Below, one piece after another: positions 35,543-47,777 of a stretch of DNA of 64,000 nucleotides (its first letter is position 1; every line of letters begins with the position of its first letter). Source of the stretch: Podarcis vaucheri (taxonomy: Eukaryota); assembly GCA_965113315.1 (NCBI GenBank), contig OZ220367.1; one strand, written 5' to 3'. Below the pieces are notes generated by a model, which made no database searches, was not told the DNA's origin, and was given only the letters and a program-made list of their open reading frames with translations. The position numbers and the translations under genes are program-made.

Positions 35543-37990
35543 TCATACCACCTCACGCAGTGAGTGGTGTGTGTGGTTCTGAAAGGGGGTTAACTCCTCC
35601 TGGGCAGCTGCCTTTGGGGTATCTTTCTTTTGCCTGGGTGGGGTTGGTGGTGGGAAAGTTGGACTCTGTAAGACAGCATAGATTTCATCCTGGCCAGGTG
35701 GGCCCTGGGCAAGTCTGTGCAACAGGGGCTTCAGCAGGCCAACAGTCAGCTGGGATGACCCACCTGGGAGAAAGGGAGGAGGATCAAGTTCTGTTGGGGG
35801 TAAGTATTGCTGAAGAACGCTCAGGATGTCAGAAGCGCTCAGATTTGTAGGGCAGAGTTCCCACAGCTTGTCCAAGTAAGGGTCCAGGTCCCTATGCTGG
35901 GAGCACTCTCTCAAAAGGATGGTGAAGATCTCTTTGTTCAGCAAAGGGCTTAGCATGGAGAACTTTTCTGCAGCCTCCATCACACGCTGCCATCTCCTAT
36001 GCTGGATAAGGAGGTCCATGGCCTGCAGGATGGCTTTGGGCCGCTGGCTGCAGAGCAGGAGCTCAATCTCCATTTCCCCATCTGCCAGAGAGCCTCTGCT
36101 CCTCCTTGGCAGCACAGCCAGTGCCCTTTTGTATAGGGGAACAGCACCCTCGGGGCCCTCCTTGTTGCCGTAAGTCCAAGAGGCACCCAGGTACTCTTGG
36201 GACAGCCCCACAAACTGAGGCAGCCACTTAGGCTTGAACTGGTGCAGCAAGAGACAGATGAGTTCAAAAAGTGGAACCATCCCATTTAGAGGCCCCTCCT
36301 CTTGCTTGCTGAGGCCGGGCACTGATCCCCCCAGGATTTTCTTCCACACATCTGGAGTAGCTCTGGCTACCAGTACTCCATCCCCATTCTGTTGCAGCTG
36401 CAGGTGGTTTTGGATGGCCTTCCAAGAGGCCCCAGGGAAGGAACTGAAGATGGCATTCAGGTAGGCCAGGTTCTCCTTGTTCAAGTCCAAGTGTAGAAGA
36501 CGACCGAGCTCCTGCTCCACCAGCGCCTCACCATAGCTCTCCACCTCACTTTCCGAGGCCCCAACCACACACAATTTAAGGAATTCCAGCTTTTGGTAGC
36601 TCTGCAGTTCCAGCTGCATTGTGCCCAGCAGTTTGGCGTAAGGCTCTGGGAGGGCCCTGGGACGTTTATCCTTGGAAGCAAGGCTATAGCACAGGATGGA
36701 GGAGAGTGCAATGGGAGCCTGGAACATGTCTCCCTTTTTCAGTTTCTCTACGGTGAGCTGAGAGCTGCTGAGGCTCCGCCGCTGATAGTATTTGCAGGCC
36801 TCTTCAAAAACCATCTCCACCAGGGTGGGCTCTTCTCTGTCGGTACCAGAGAAGTCAAGGCTGTAGATGCCATTTGGACCCAGGAGCTGCACTTCCTCCT
36901 CCTCGGCATGGAAGTCCAAAAAAAGAACTTCCTCCGTGCTCAGGACTTTCTTTTCTATCAACTGCCTGCTGCCCAAGTCCACAAGATAAAGAGCCCCTCC
37001 AAAGAAGCAGGCAAGGGTGTCCCCAAAAACCTTCAGCTGGACCTGCTCCCCTGGGGCAAAGGCACTTCCCCCAAAGTCAAAGATGGGTCTCCACACTCCG
37101 TCGGGCTGCACCAGCTCCACAGCTCCTGCCGTGCTAACCAGGAGGAGCCCCCTGCGACCAGAGAGCGCACAGCTATGGATAAACAAAGGGTCCATGTTTG
37201 CCAAGAGTCCCACACAGCCCAAGAGCAGCTTCTTGAAGTCCACTTCACTGCCTGGAAGCAAAGCCTTAGAACAAATGCAGCCTTTGGATGGAGCAGCAAT
37301 GATGATGTCAGCATTTTCGGGACGCCAGATGAGGACAAACTTGGCTACGCCCTGGAAGGTGGCTGGAGTGGGCAGCAGGAAAACACCAGAGGGTGAGGCG
37401 AGCACTCGGTACACAGGGCTGTTGTGCAAGACAATCCTTAAGGGGCTCAGCTGGGCTCCCTGCTCCCCGATCTGAAGGCGTCTAGTGCAAATGCAGTACC
37501 TGAAGGCTCTCCTCTCGGGCGTCAGCTGGGCGTCCAAGGGGGGCCTCTCCTCACACCACACCAGCTGGGCCCCCCAGCTGCAGATGGAGACAACCCGGGC
37601 ACGAGCTCCATGGCACAGCTCCAGGCTCTGCAGCAAGTGCCACCCCACTGCGGGCACAAATCGCCAGAGTTCAGTCTTGCCGTGCTCCCAGATGATCGTC
37701 AGCACCCAAGAGACAGCTGTCCCGGGGCTTTCCAGGAAAAGCAGCCCCACCACGGGCGGCTGAGGAGGCTGCCAACTCCTCTCCAGGTCAGCCCCGTCGG
37801 CGCCCAGGCGCTGGAAGGCCACAACCCGAGCCTGCGAGGCCGGCTGGTTCCACAACAGAAGCAGATGCTGCCTGTCCGGGCTGGCTAAGAGGCGGCTGGG
37901 AGCCTCGCCCGGGCGGCCCTGCTCCAGCAGCTCTCGCAGGCAGCGGCCGCGGACAAAGTCGCTCCAGTCCGAGACCTGCCGCAGCTTCAT
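35543..37990 (-). CDS. HPS6: HPS6, BLOC-2 complex subunit, intronless, 815 aa
   Basis: Long ORF; from the ATG at 37990 (MKLRQVSDWS...SPDRQHLLLL...WEHG...ARVV...LVWCEER) it matches recalled human HPS6 N-terminal motifs. Single coding exon and adjacency to ARMH3 fit the mammalian arrangement. Confidence 0.95.
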   Translation of the reverse strand: MKLRQVSDWSDFVRGRCLRELLEQGRPGEAPSRLLASPDRQHLLLLWNQPASQARVVAFQRLGADGADLERSWQPPQPPVVGLLFLESPGTAVSWVLTIIWEHGKTELWRFVPAVGWHLLQSLELCHGARARVVSICSWGAQLVWCEERPPLDAQLTPERRAFRYCICTRRLQIGEQGAQLSPLRIVLHNSPVYRVLASPSGVFLLPTPATFQGVAKFVLIWRPENADIIIAAPSKGCICSKALLPGSEVDFKKLLLGCVGLLANMDPLFIHSCALSGRRGLLLVSTAGAVELVQPDGVWRPIFDFGGSAFAPGEQVQLKVFGDTLACFFGGALYLVDLGSRQLIEKKVLSTEEVLFLDFHAEEEEVQLLGPNGIYSLDFSGTDREEPTLVEMVFEEACKYYQRRSLSSSQLTVEKLKKGDMFQAPIALSSILCYSLASKDKRPRALPEPYAKLLGTMQLELQSYQKLEFLKLCVVGASESEVESYGEALVEQELGRLLHLDLNKENLAYLNAIFSSFPGASWKAIQNHLQLQQNGDGVLVARATPDVWKKILGGSVPGLSKQEEGPLNGMVPLFELICLLLHQFKPKWLPQFVGLSQEYLGASWTYGNKEGPEGAVPLYKRALAVLPRRSRGSLADGEMEIELLLCSQRPKAILQAMDLLIQHRRWQRVMEAAEKFSMLSPLLNKEIFTILLRECSQHRDLDPYLDKLWELCPTNLSASDILSVLQQYLPPTELDPPPFLPGGSSQLTVGLLKPLLHRLAQGPPGQDEIYAVLQSPTFPPPTPPRQKKDTPKAAAQEELTPFQNHTHHSLREVV

Positions 37991-38770
37991 CTCGGGGCGT
38001 CCGCCGCGGCTGCCGACCACATGGGGAAGGAGCTCAGCGGGACGAGCCGCGGCGGGGCGAAGCTGGCGGCGCCTCACCAACGCGCCCTGCCTCTTCGAGC
38101 CGGGAGCCTCGCCCGGTCTCCCCGCCGACTCTGGCGCCACTATATCCCCCCTCGACGCCCTTCTTGCTCTCGCCGGGCACTTCCACGTCCTCGAGGAGGG
38201 CCCCGCTGCTTGCCTCTGGCGCCTCCCGAGTCCCCTTAACTCTAGTCCGCCAGCTCCTGCGCGCCCTGCTCCTCCGCAGCGGTCAGGTCCTGGCACTCCC
38301 GGGCTCCGCCCCTCGTCCTCCTCCCGCTGCCTCGCTTCTTCCCCTTTTCCTCCCTTCTTCGCGCGCTCTCGAGAGTTGACAGCGGCTCTCCGTTAGGCGC
38401 CCCGGGGTCCGCCCCAAGGAGGCCGAGCGCCGCGCCGAGTGCAGGCAGGTCGACCCGGGCGTTTCTCCAGCGAAGCTCTGGGCGCGCGGGCAGCGAGAAC
38501 CTCGGCGCCTCTCCCCGTCCAGGTCCGAAAGCAACAGCGCCCCGCACAATTACTGCAATCACGAGGCCTCTCGTTTCCGGGCGCAGTCGCTTCCGCGGCC
38601 GGGCCTCGGCGGCAGAGCCCGAGCTGCCTCCGGCTCTCTTACTTCCGTCCCTGCCCGATGAGGTTAAAAATCTCACCGCCCCGACTGAGCTGCGGCTCCG
38701 GAGTGCAGAAGCAGGCAGAGGAGAGCAGGAGCCCTGACGGGTCTGCTTTACAGCTCCGCCCTGCGTTAAA
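37700..38770 (-). promoter_or_regulatory. CpG island / HPS6 promoter and 5' region
   Basis: Very GC/CpG-rich, spans the HPS6 start; ETS-like CGGAAG motifs on the minus strand near 38590 and 38641. Confidence 0.75.
37987..38022 (-). other. 11-codon upstream ORF (MWSAAAADAPR*) whose TGA overlaps the HPS6 ATG
   Basis: Minus strand reads ATG TGG TCG GCA GCC GCG GCG GAC GCC CCG AGA TGA, overlapping ...gagATGaag. Confidence 0.6.
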
Positions 38771-39482
38771 GAGACACGTCATTATCATCAATAGTTTTCA
38801 CTTGTATAGCGCTTCATATTTCTACGGAATCTCTAAGCGGTTTAAGTTTTAGAGGCAGGTCCCAGAGTATTTACTACGAAGGGTGAGAGGACTCAGCAGG
38901 CCTTTGGCCCCTCAAAATTACCCGCTTTGCATTACCTGCAATGCATGTTTACTCCAGTGTAAGTCCCATGGTGCTCAGCGGCGTTTACTTCGTATAACAC
39001 TGCAATTTACCGTGGAAGTAAATCACAAGCCAGTGGTTTTTAGCACTGTGTTAACATAGGATTGTTGAAAGCAGCAGAACGCTTCGTTGGGGTTTTCCGA
39101 CAGGAGACCAGTCATTGGCTTTATTGAACAGTGCAGTCATAGTCCCCCTGCTTGAGTGGGCCTCACAGGAAAGCGGCCTTAGGGTAAAGATGGCAGCCTA
39201 AACTTGTAGTAACATGGTGTGCAGTCCACAAACAATTACGTTCATGGCCTGAAGTACACAAAAAGCAGCTTCCTAGCCTCGAGAATAAGCCCTACTGAAA
39301 TAAACTGAATTTTCTTCCAATAGGATCAGGCTGCTTTCTTAAACTCATTTATAAAACCCCCACCAAAGTTTACTTCAAAAAGGGGTTCAGTCCTGTGCAC
39401 CCTTTCTAGTACCACTGTAGAACTTATGCTTGAGTAGAGGTGCATAGGATTGGGGTGCATATCTGTCTTGCCTCAGAGAATA

Positions 39483-39700
39483 CAGTGGTACCTCAGGTTA
39501 AGTACTTAATTCGTTCCGAAGGTCCATACTTAACCTGAAACTGTTCTTAACCTGAAGCACCACTTTGGTTAATGGGATCTCCTGCTGCCGCCAGAGCACG
39601 ATTTCTGTTCTCATCCTGAAGCAAAGTTCTTAACCTGAAGCACTTTTTCTGGGTTAGCAGAGTCTGTAACCTGAAGCGTATGTAACCCGAGGTACTACTG
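39483..39700 (-). mobile_element. Tc1/mariner-pogo-type MITE between the HPS6 and ARMH3 promoters
   Basis: Same family, reverse orientation, TA TSD. Confidence 0.85.
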
Positions 39701-40669
39701 TATTGTACTCCTGCAACCTTAGTTTTACCTGCATAGGAGTAGTGGGGAATAGGAAGGATTGGGCCCAGCTTGGTGGCTTGCCATAGGCATCAAGTTGGCC
39801 ACTATGAAAACAGGATGCTGGACTAGATCAGCTATTGGCCTGATCCAGCAGGCTGTTCTTATGTTCTTAAGGATGGTGTGTCTGAACTATACAAATGTGT
39901 GTGCAGGCAGCAACGCTTCTCAGACGAGGTTTCTTGCTTTGCCAAGAGTGGGGCACATTTCCCGTCTTTGTATTTATTTCTTCTTCAGAAGCAAACAAGC
40001 AGAGGCAGGAAAAAGTCTGGAATGACAAACACGCCCAGACTATCTGCAGAGCAGGAACAGCCTCCTGTGGCAAATTTGTGCAAATCTGCTGACTACAAGC
40101 GAGCGGACCAAACGTCAACAGTTTGTTCTTATCTAACAGTGTGTATGCGCAGCAGTACATGAAGAGCTCACATTTACAGGACGACAAACTAGCTGATTGA
40201 TTTGATCTGATTTAATTGCATGGATTAATTTGCAGCTAGGGTTTCTTCACGCTTATGCTGTGTGAGTGTGTAAAAGCACATGGAGGATCCCTCCTGCCTC
40301 GTGGTGGTAACTGCTTCTTTTACACAGGCTACTTCAAGGTCTTAGGAACGGGGATCAACTGATTAGGGATCTTGGAGGCAGATTATGTGGATCCTTTCAC
40401 TAGTACATGAGTTTTCCATAAGAAGGGTTTAAGATCCCCGTACGCAGGATACTGCAGCCCTGTAGTACGATTCTTTGACTCTGGAGTAAGCCGCAATATG
40501 TTTAACAGAGCTTCCCCCAGGTAAAAAAGCGTGTAGGATGTAAATACAGTGGATCGGGCTGTGAAAATTACATCTGCTTCCGTACTTTCTAATCCTGGGG
40601 TAGATTACAAAATAACTGGCTGCGGGAAGCCAGTTCTGCTGAAGGTTTCCTTTCCCCCATATATGCCCG

Positions 40670-41170
40670 TGTAAGGCCGGCTCGGCTATGCCGTTCGATT
40701 TTCATCCGCACTCAACTCGCACTAGTACCCAGCAGAAGCCGTCCTCCGCAAGGTGGTTGGAGGTGGGACCGGGCAGATAAAGGACGGCGCGCCTGCGTAG
40801 TAGGGAGGGGGCGGGGCGAAGTCTGACTCGGTGGCGCATGCGCGCCGAGAGGCGGTCGCCCCGCTCAGGTAACGGGGGCTATTTCGCTCCCTTCTTTTTA
40901 GGGTCCGGCCTCCGTTGCGCCCCGCGCTGTGTAGTTAGGCTGCGCCCTTTGAGGATAGGGAGGGAGCGGCCAGGGTGCGAAGTTGGGGTGGCGGTGGGAG
41001 AGGACCTGGCGGCATTGCCTGGGGTCGGGTGGCAAAACATGACTGGGAGGGAGGCGTGTTGGGGTGCAGAGGGGGACTTTTGAGGAGGCTGCCTGTGGGG
41101 CGCTCTTGGGGGCGTGTTTAGGGAGAAGGGGGCCTGAGCGCACCTGTTTTTCTGTGTACGTGGGATAGGG
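40670..41170 (+). promoter_or_regulatory. CpG island / ARMH3 promoter with non-coding first exon ending about 40868
   Basis: GC box GGGGCGGGGC about 40808-40817, NRF1-type palindrome GCGCATGCGC 40834-40843, donor CAG|gtaacg at 40868/40869. Confidence 0.72.
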
Positions 41171-44100
41171 GGGCGTACCTGGGATGGGAAGAGGAGAGCC
41201 CCGTTTACAGTGGAGGTGAGTTGGGGTGGGGCAGGGTGGGGCGGGAGGAAGTAGGTAGGTGCCGCTGCTCAGGAGGCAGTTTTATGCATTTCCTGCTCTA
41301 GTCATCTCCCCCCACTCCTCTTTTCTGTTGTTAAGTGCTTTCCCCTTCCTGCACCCCTGTTGCAGTAGTATGGAAGAGGGAAGAGCTCTCATTTGGGGGC
41401 AGGTGAAGTGTCTTGTTCTGCTGTTGCCCACACGCTTAAGCTTCCACGTGGTTCCCTGCCCTCATAATTGGGACCAGTGTGCTCTTTCTTCTCTTGTTTC
41501 CACATATTTTGATAAAAGATTGGCTTCCCTGCCCCAAATCTTGTTTCTGTATGGGGTCCATTCTTCATAGATCACGTAATACAGAGTCGATTCCCAGCTG
41601 TTGGAGATGACTAAATTAATATTCTTCAAGGGTGGATTCCCTTCTTTTCTTAGCCTTCCAGGGTACAGTGAAGACTGTTAATCAGTTCGTAGGAGTTGGC
41701 TCCTATGTTTATAGCTTATACCATCACAGTGCATGTATGCACTTTGTTATGTGTTCACAGGAAAGCTGAGTGATTATAGCAGCTGCGTGCACAAGAAAGT
41801 GTACACATGCATTACAATACATATGTGTTGTCCACTTTCTTTGATGATCTATGTATGCGTTAATTCCCACACAGAAGTAGCTCCATGTTGGGATTTTGTA
41901 ATGTCTGAAGCAGCTCCAAGTGTGCTTGCACAAGTTAATAAAATCAAACAACTTCTCAGAAGTATTACAATCTCCATGTGCCAGTTGTATTCATTTTAAA
42001 ATATACCTGTGTTTTGATTTCTTCTGTCTATAGTTTTTTGGGGGGTTACACATAACCAAGTGAGAGAACCTAAAATTGAAATGGTGAACACTTGCTTAAC
42101 AGCAAGGTATATGTTTTTCAAATGACTTATAAAATACATTATGCATTTCCCCATTTCATAAAGCAAACGAGTAAAAGAGTAAAGTAAAAGAGAAGCTGCA
42201 GAACTTAAAACCACAGTTGATGTGGTATTCATGATGACCCTTGTCTTTATGCATGAAAGCAGCCATAAGGGAAATGGGAAAATGCACATGGGGTTGCAGC
42301 TAGGTAACTATGGCTTCCCTCCTCCAGCAGGCCATTCCCTTTCTATACACACACACCATTTCTGCCCCCCCCAACAATATTCTGTGGTTACTGAGAATTT
42401 TCTGCCATTATTGGCATTTTTAGTTTTTAAATTGTTTTATATCTGCAACCCTTGGAGTTCCATTGAATGAACTGATTCTCCTCTCATATTTCTCTGTGGT
42501 CTTGTTACTTTTCCTGGCACTCCCCACTTGATTTTTCTTTTCTTGGCATTTCCCTCTTGATTTCACTATTAGTAATTTCATCATCATCTTGTGCCTCCAC
42601 TTGATGCAACCTCTTATATCCCATCATAATGAGTATCTGTTCACATAATCCCAACACTGTGCTTTGAAAGTGTATTAGCATTTATTCAAAGGTAACAGAT
42701 TCCATGGTTTACATTTTGTGGTAGCTCTGACACAGATCAGAAGATTTCCTCATGGTTTTTATTTCTGTAACAACTTCTCATTGAAACTTTGTTTAAATAA
42801 TTAACATTTGTACATAATGACAGGGAGCTGAAGTTGTAAGAGTATAGTTAACTTAAAAGACAATCTGCATTCATGCCTAAGTAGGAATTTGGACCCATAC
42901 GTCTCTAGTTCAAGAGGTAACATTGCCCACCAGCTCACATTCCAATAGCAAAATTTGATTAGAGGTTTGTGTCCCAGTGTTGATGGTTAGTTTATTATAA
43001 TTGAGATTGATTGGCCTGGAGAATGGTCTGAAAGTACCTGACACACTTTTGCTGCAAGTATGAAGCAGAATTGGCTCTATCAGGAAAGAGTGGACAGACT
43101 ACAGACTTGGCAAATATACTTTGTTCTTTATTAGAGTCCCAAGATCTATTAACCAGAGCAGGGGGGAGCAAAAGACATATAGTTATAATTAAAGAAGAGG
43201 GTGCCTCTGAGTTAATTCTGAGCCCAGGAATTGGTTTTCAGTACCATAACTGAATTAAGCTCACAACCCTTTCACAGAAAAGTGCATTCCTGGTTAGCGT
43301 TCTTCATTTCTGCAGCCTAATTTACGTGTGAAAAGTCATCTTGTTGCTATTTTTAAACAACTGGGAGTCAAGAATGCTTGCTGATTTATTGCAAATGGTC
43401 TAGAGATCTATCAGTAGATTCCAGTCTACACTCTTCCCACCCCTGCTATAATGGGTGGATTCTTGGGAATCCTTTTATCTGTCCAGAGGCTCTGATGTAG
43501 AGGGACATCTTATATTATGCTTCTAAATATCATAAATAAAACTTCATATTTGTGGCAGATATGTCTAACCCTTAATGGGTTACCGTCCGTTTGTCTGCCG
43601 TTCTCTAGAAGTAGTTGTGGTTGGTTATGCCAACAGTGTCTATTTTATTTTTCCTTCTCTAATTCTTCTCCTTTCTCATTTTGCTTCTGTATTTTCCCTC
43701 TCTGTGTTAGTAAGACCAGTCGGTTGGGTGTTTTTGTGGTGCAGGGATCTGAAACACGTGAGCTAAAGTTGCTGGGCAGTGAATCAAGTCATTGTCAGGC
43801 AGGTTTTAACCTGAGAGTCGGAACATGGCAGGACAGCAGGGGTTCTTGCATTGCAAACTTGATCTTATTGTATTCTTTTCTACCTTTCTCTTTGTATTAC
43901 AGAAGTAGTAGCTGCTTCACATGGGGACTTCTTAGACACTGAGCTGTACAAAAGATCAAAATTGTAAGTGCTGATTCTAAGGAAGGTACTTGTATCACAC
44001 CTGTAACTAACTTCAGTCAGATGCTTTGCTTTCTCCGGATAAGAAGTTTGAAATTCAAAACTGGCTACTTTATTACTTCAGCTGTAGGTTTCAGGATAAT

Positions 44101-45870
44101 AAAATAATGTTACCCCCCCCCCCCCACTGGCTGTGGAGTGTGTTTACAACTTAATATGAGGCAGTTGGCGTCTGTATTGCTCTCACACGTGGTTTCCTTA
44201 GTTCCAATTAGTTCTAGGTGTGCAAATGTATTCCTGGATGTGGGGTCGCAAGAGGCTTAATTTAAAGGCACTGAGGCCATTCTGAGGTTATTGTGGGCTT
44301 AATTTTGTTCCCTTGTAGATCAGTTTTAAACTCTGGCAGTAGAAAGAAATGAGCTTGCCTCTGAATATCATTTTCCGGGAATGGGAGAGTGCTGTTGCAG
44401 GCTACTGTGAGACCAGAATGGTGGACGAGATAAGCTCAGCAGAGTTCTTCTTACGTAGCTTCAGTCATTGGATGAGACTGCAAGTTATGATGGGGAAACA
44501 TTGCACTGTAAAATATTATGTTTAGAACAGAAAATTCTATTTCTAGAAATATCTCATTTTCAACATATAATTGTATGGTGCCATAGAGTATTTCCTGATT
44601 TTAATGTAATCTCTGTGAAAGTCAATGTTTAATCTCACTTCTTCTTTTTTAGTCTTTCTGCATAATATGAGATAAGGAGAAATTAATGTATCTGGCAGCA
44701 GCTGTGTATGTAGCTGCTCTGTGTCATGCCCTGTTGCTCTGTTGCCTCTTTTCTTCTCTGCCTGTTACAGCAGGCCGAAGGGGCTGGAGAAAGCAGAGGG
44801 GTGGTGATGCAGGAACACAGCAGCTGCGTACTCTGACATTGCTTCAGTGGGTTTCAGTCTGTGGTGGCAGACATTACTTTGGGTCTGGCCTCTGGCTGTC
44901 GACGGTGACTAGAGAGAGAAGTCAGAGAGGTTCACAACCAGTGCATAACAATATCCTTCTCCTGTTTGTTGGTAGCATTTAGGGCATTATTTGAAAACCG
45001 GAATCTGTCTGACTATAATTTTCCCTGCCCTGTCCCACCCTTGGGTATTGCATACTACCCGGTCAAGCTTTTAAAAAAGTTGCTCTGGATTGGGATGCTG
45101 GAGGAATGCTATAACCAATTCCACCTATTGATCTCTCTTGCTCAGCCCCTTGGTGGACCCTCAGATGTTGAAGACTTTGGGGATGCATTTCAGTCTGCTA
45201 GAATTATGATGCTGTGTTTGTTTGGAAACATGGTAATAGCTCTGTTGAAATAAGCAGCTGCTTTTCTAAAACTGAAGAAGAATGAAGGTCTGTGCCAGTG
45301 ATTTCTGTAGATCACGAGACCAAAAAAGCCTTTGAAGTTTTAGAATGAGAGGGTATTGTACTTTTTGTTAACAGCTTTCCACATGTTACTTTGGATTCTC
45401 TAACGTAGGCAGCTATAAGATAGAAGAGACAGTCTTAATTGTTGCCTCTAGCAATTTCCCATATGCATGTGTACTCTGTCTAGTTTAGGACAGCCTGTGT
45501 CCCAGTTCTAGCCTTGTTGAAAGCGTGAACTTATCTGCATGATTGTGTTACCTGTCTGTAGCTTCTTTGCTCTCACTTTACAAAGGGATGTAGAATATTT
45601 TGCTTTCCTGGGCACCCAACACAAGAACTGAAATCTGTTACTTCTGACTAGGTGTACAAGGATGCTCTTTAACCGCATGAAAGTATGGCTTGTTGTTTTA
45701 GTAGTGGTGACATGGTGTGATTAGTTGTATTCCCGGTAGACTACTCGCAGTATATGGACATAAGTGTGTCCTATTGATCTTGCTCCGACTTTATGATTTT
45801 TGTTGCAAAAATCTTTGAGTCTGACAAACAGAATGTTGTGCTACTGGTATCACCTTCCTACAACTTTCTG

Positions 45871-45986
45871 GGTTGTATTCAACCAACTTGTATTCAGAGT
45901 AGACCCCTTGAAATTAGTGACCATGGCTAACTTAGGTCCATTAACTTCAATGCATCTACTCGGAATAAAAGTTAATTGAATACAAC
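45871..45986. mobile_element. Short MITE-like palindrome (related degenerate copies about 5178-5280, 32330-32420)
   Basis: GTTGTATTCAA...TTGAATACAAC inverted ends. Confidence 0.55.
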
Positions 45987-46594
45987 ACAGAAAATTACAA
46001 GAAGGCGATGCCAGTAGTGCATTGCACTACCTGCTAGAGATTGGCATTGTGTTCCAAAGGTAACAATGGTGAATGTTTCTGCACCTGCCCCTTTAGACCA
46101 GACAAATGTGTGGAAGAAATGTCCTGCTATATGACCTGCTTCATATGCCTGATGTTTGCAGAGGATAAATCTCTGTGTGGTAGGCCGAAGATAATATATG
46201 TCAGTCACTGGAAATGCTCATGAAGGAGAAAGTTGTGGTATTTTCTCTCTATTGTAAGCAGTTGAAATGAGGAGCTCTTTAGGCGTTGCAGATGTGCTAC
46301 CATGTTTGTGCTGCTCTGTGCATTATTTATTGTGCCTAAATGGAACTGCCATATGCCCCAGCTTCTGCTTTACCTCTATAAGTCTATGTCAGCACAGATG
46401 CTAGTTGCTTTAAATCCAGTAATCCTAGTATTGGGGTGGGGGCTGGTAGTTTACCCCAGGAAAGGAGACTTTTGCAAAGTGTATGTAGGCTATGGGATTG
46501 TAGGGCAGTGTGACACTTTCTTTGTGACTTCTTGCTCACAAGAGGAAAGCAAACTTTTCAATAATGGTAGAGAATAGTTGTTGAATAGAAAATA

Positions 46595-46891
46595 CAGTGG
46601 TGCCTCGCAAGACGAAATTAATCCGTTCAGCGAGTCTCTTCCTCTTGCGGTTTTTTCGTCTTGCGAAGCGCGGCTATTAGCGGCTTAGCGGCTATTAACG
46701 GCTTAGCGGCTATTAACGGCTTAGCGGCTTTAAGAAAAAGGAAACAAACTTGCAAGAACTCGCAAGACGTTTCGTCTTACGAAGCAAGCCCATAGGGAAA
46801 TTCGTCTTGCGGAACGACTTAAAAAACGGAAAACCCTTTCGTCTAGCGAGTTTTTTGTCTTGCGAGGCATTCGTCTTGCGGGGCACCACTG
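46595..46891. mobile_element. Tc1/mariner-type MITE with internal 18-bp tandem repeat
   Basis: CAGTGGTGCC.../...GGCACCACTG, TA TSD; GCGGCTATTAACGGCTTA about 3 times near 46670-46728. Confidence 0.85.
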
Positions 46892-47675
46892 TATTCCTTT
46901 GGGCCAATTCCTATGTTAAACAAAGGTGTGCTTATCATCATTTGTACATGTTTAGAATTTCAGTCAATGCTAATTGCCTGGAGCATGTATCTACATAATA
47001 TATTTCTAAATGTGTATCTGTGGCTTGTGTGCACTGCATTTTTATATTAACAGGTACAGATTTTTGTGTGTATAAGATTGGTGTGAAGTTGTGTTGCAGG
47101 ATTCCTAATTTAGCAGGACTTTCTGATACAACTATAGTGCTCAGTAGACCAATTTCTACTTTCTTAGGTGCTAAATTTATGCTTCCTGCTTGGGGTTTCC
47201 TGTTTGGGACTCTGGCTTAGCCAGATATTTGTTGGATTACTTTTGACAAGACTTTCTCTCCAGTTCCTCACCTTTTTTAAATGAATCTGTAATCTTCCAT
47301 GCTCCACACTTTCGCTTTCTGTCCAGAATACCTGATGTGAAATGATTCCTGCAGCAGGTATAAGAAGAAAACCATTGCATATAAAAAACCATGTGCAAAT
47401 CTATTTTGTATTATGCACATTTGGACAAATGTACACTTGCATTTTATTAAACTTATTTTTTGTACATTTTTCTCCTATGTAGAAAAAATATGTGTGAAGC
47501 AGCCCAGAGGAAATTAAGATGGTTGTAATGTAGTTAATAGCTATAAAGTGCCTTGTAAGCTCTACATTTTTTTTAAAGCAGAGCATAACCTGGAAACGTG
47601 TGAATGTTGTGGAAATTAATCTTGAGAGAGCTTCTCTGAAATGTGGCATGTCTCTCTATCCATAGATTGTAAGCC

Positions 47676-47777
47676 ATGGCGCAAGCTGAGAAGAAAGGCG
47701 GATTGCTCCGGAAATCTTCAGCTAGTAAGAAACCCTTGAAAGAGAAGGTTGTGCTAATGTATGATGAGATCTTTACG
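47676..47777 (+). CDS. ARMH3: ARMH3 coding exon 1 (exon starts 47666)
   Basis: gccATGg Kozak context; |gtaagg. Confidence 0.95.

Noticed and set aside
36593-37396. 267-aa + strand ORF and neighbours
   Set aside because: Antisense shadow of the HPS6 coding sequence
37991-38296. 917-aa HPS6 as given by the ORF track
   Set aside because: Starts at GTG; recognisable homology begins at the ATG at 37990
46670-46728. Short regularly repeated units resembling an array
   Set aside because: Simple 18-bp tandem repeat inside a MITE, with no unique spacers; eukaryotic DNA, not CRISPR
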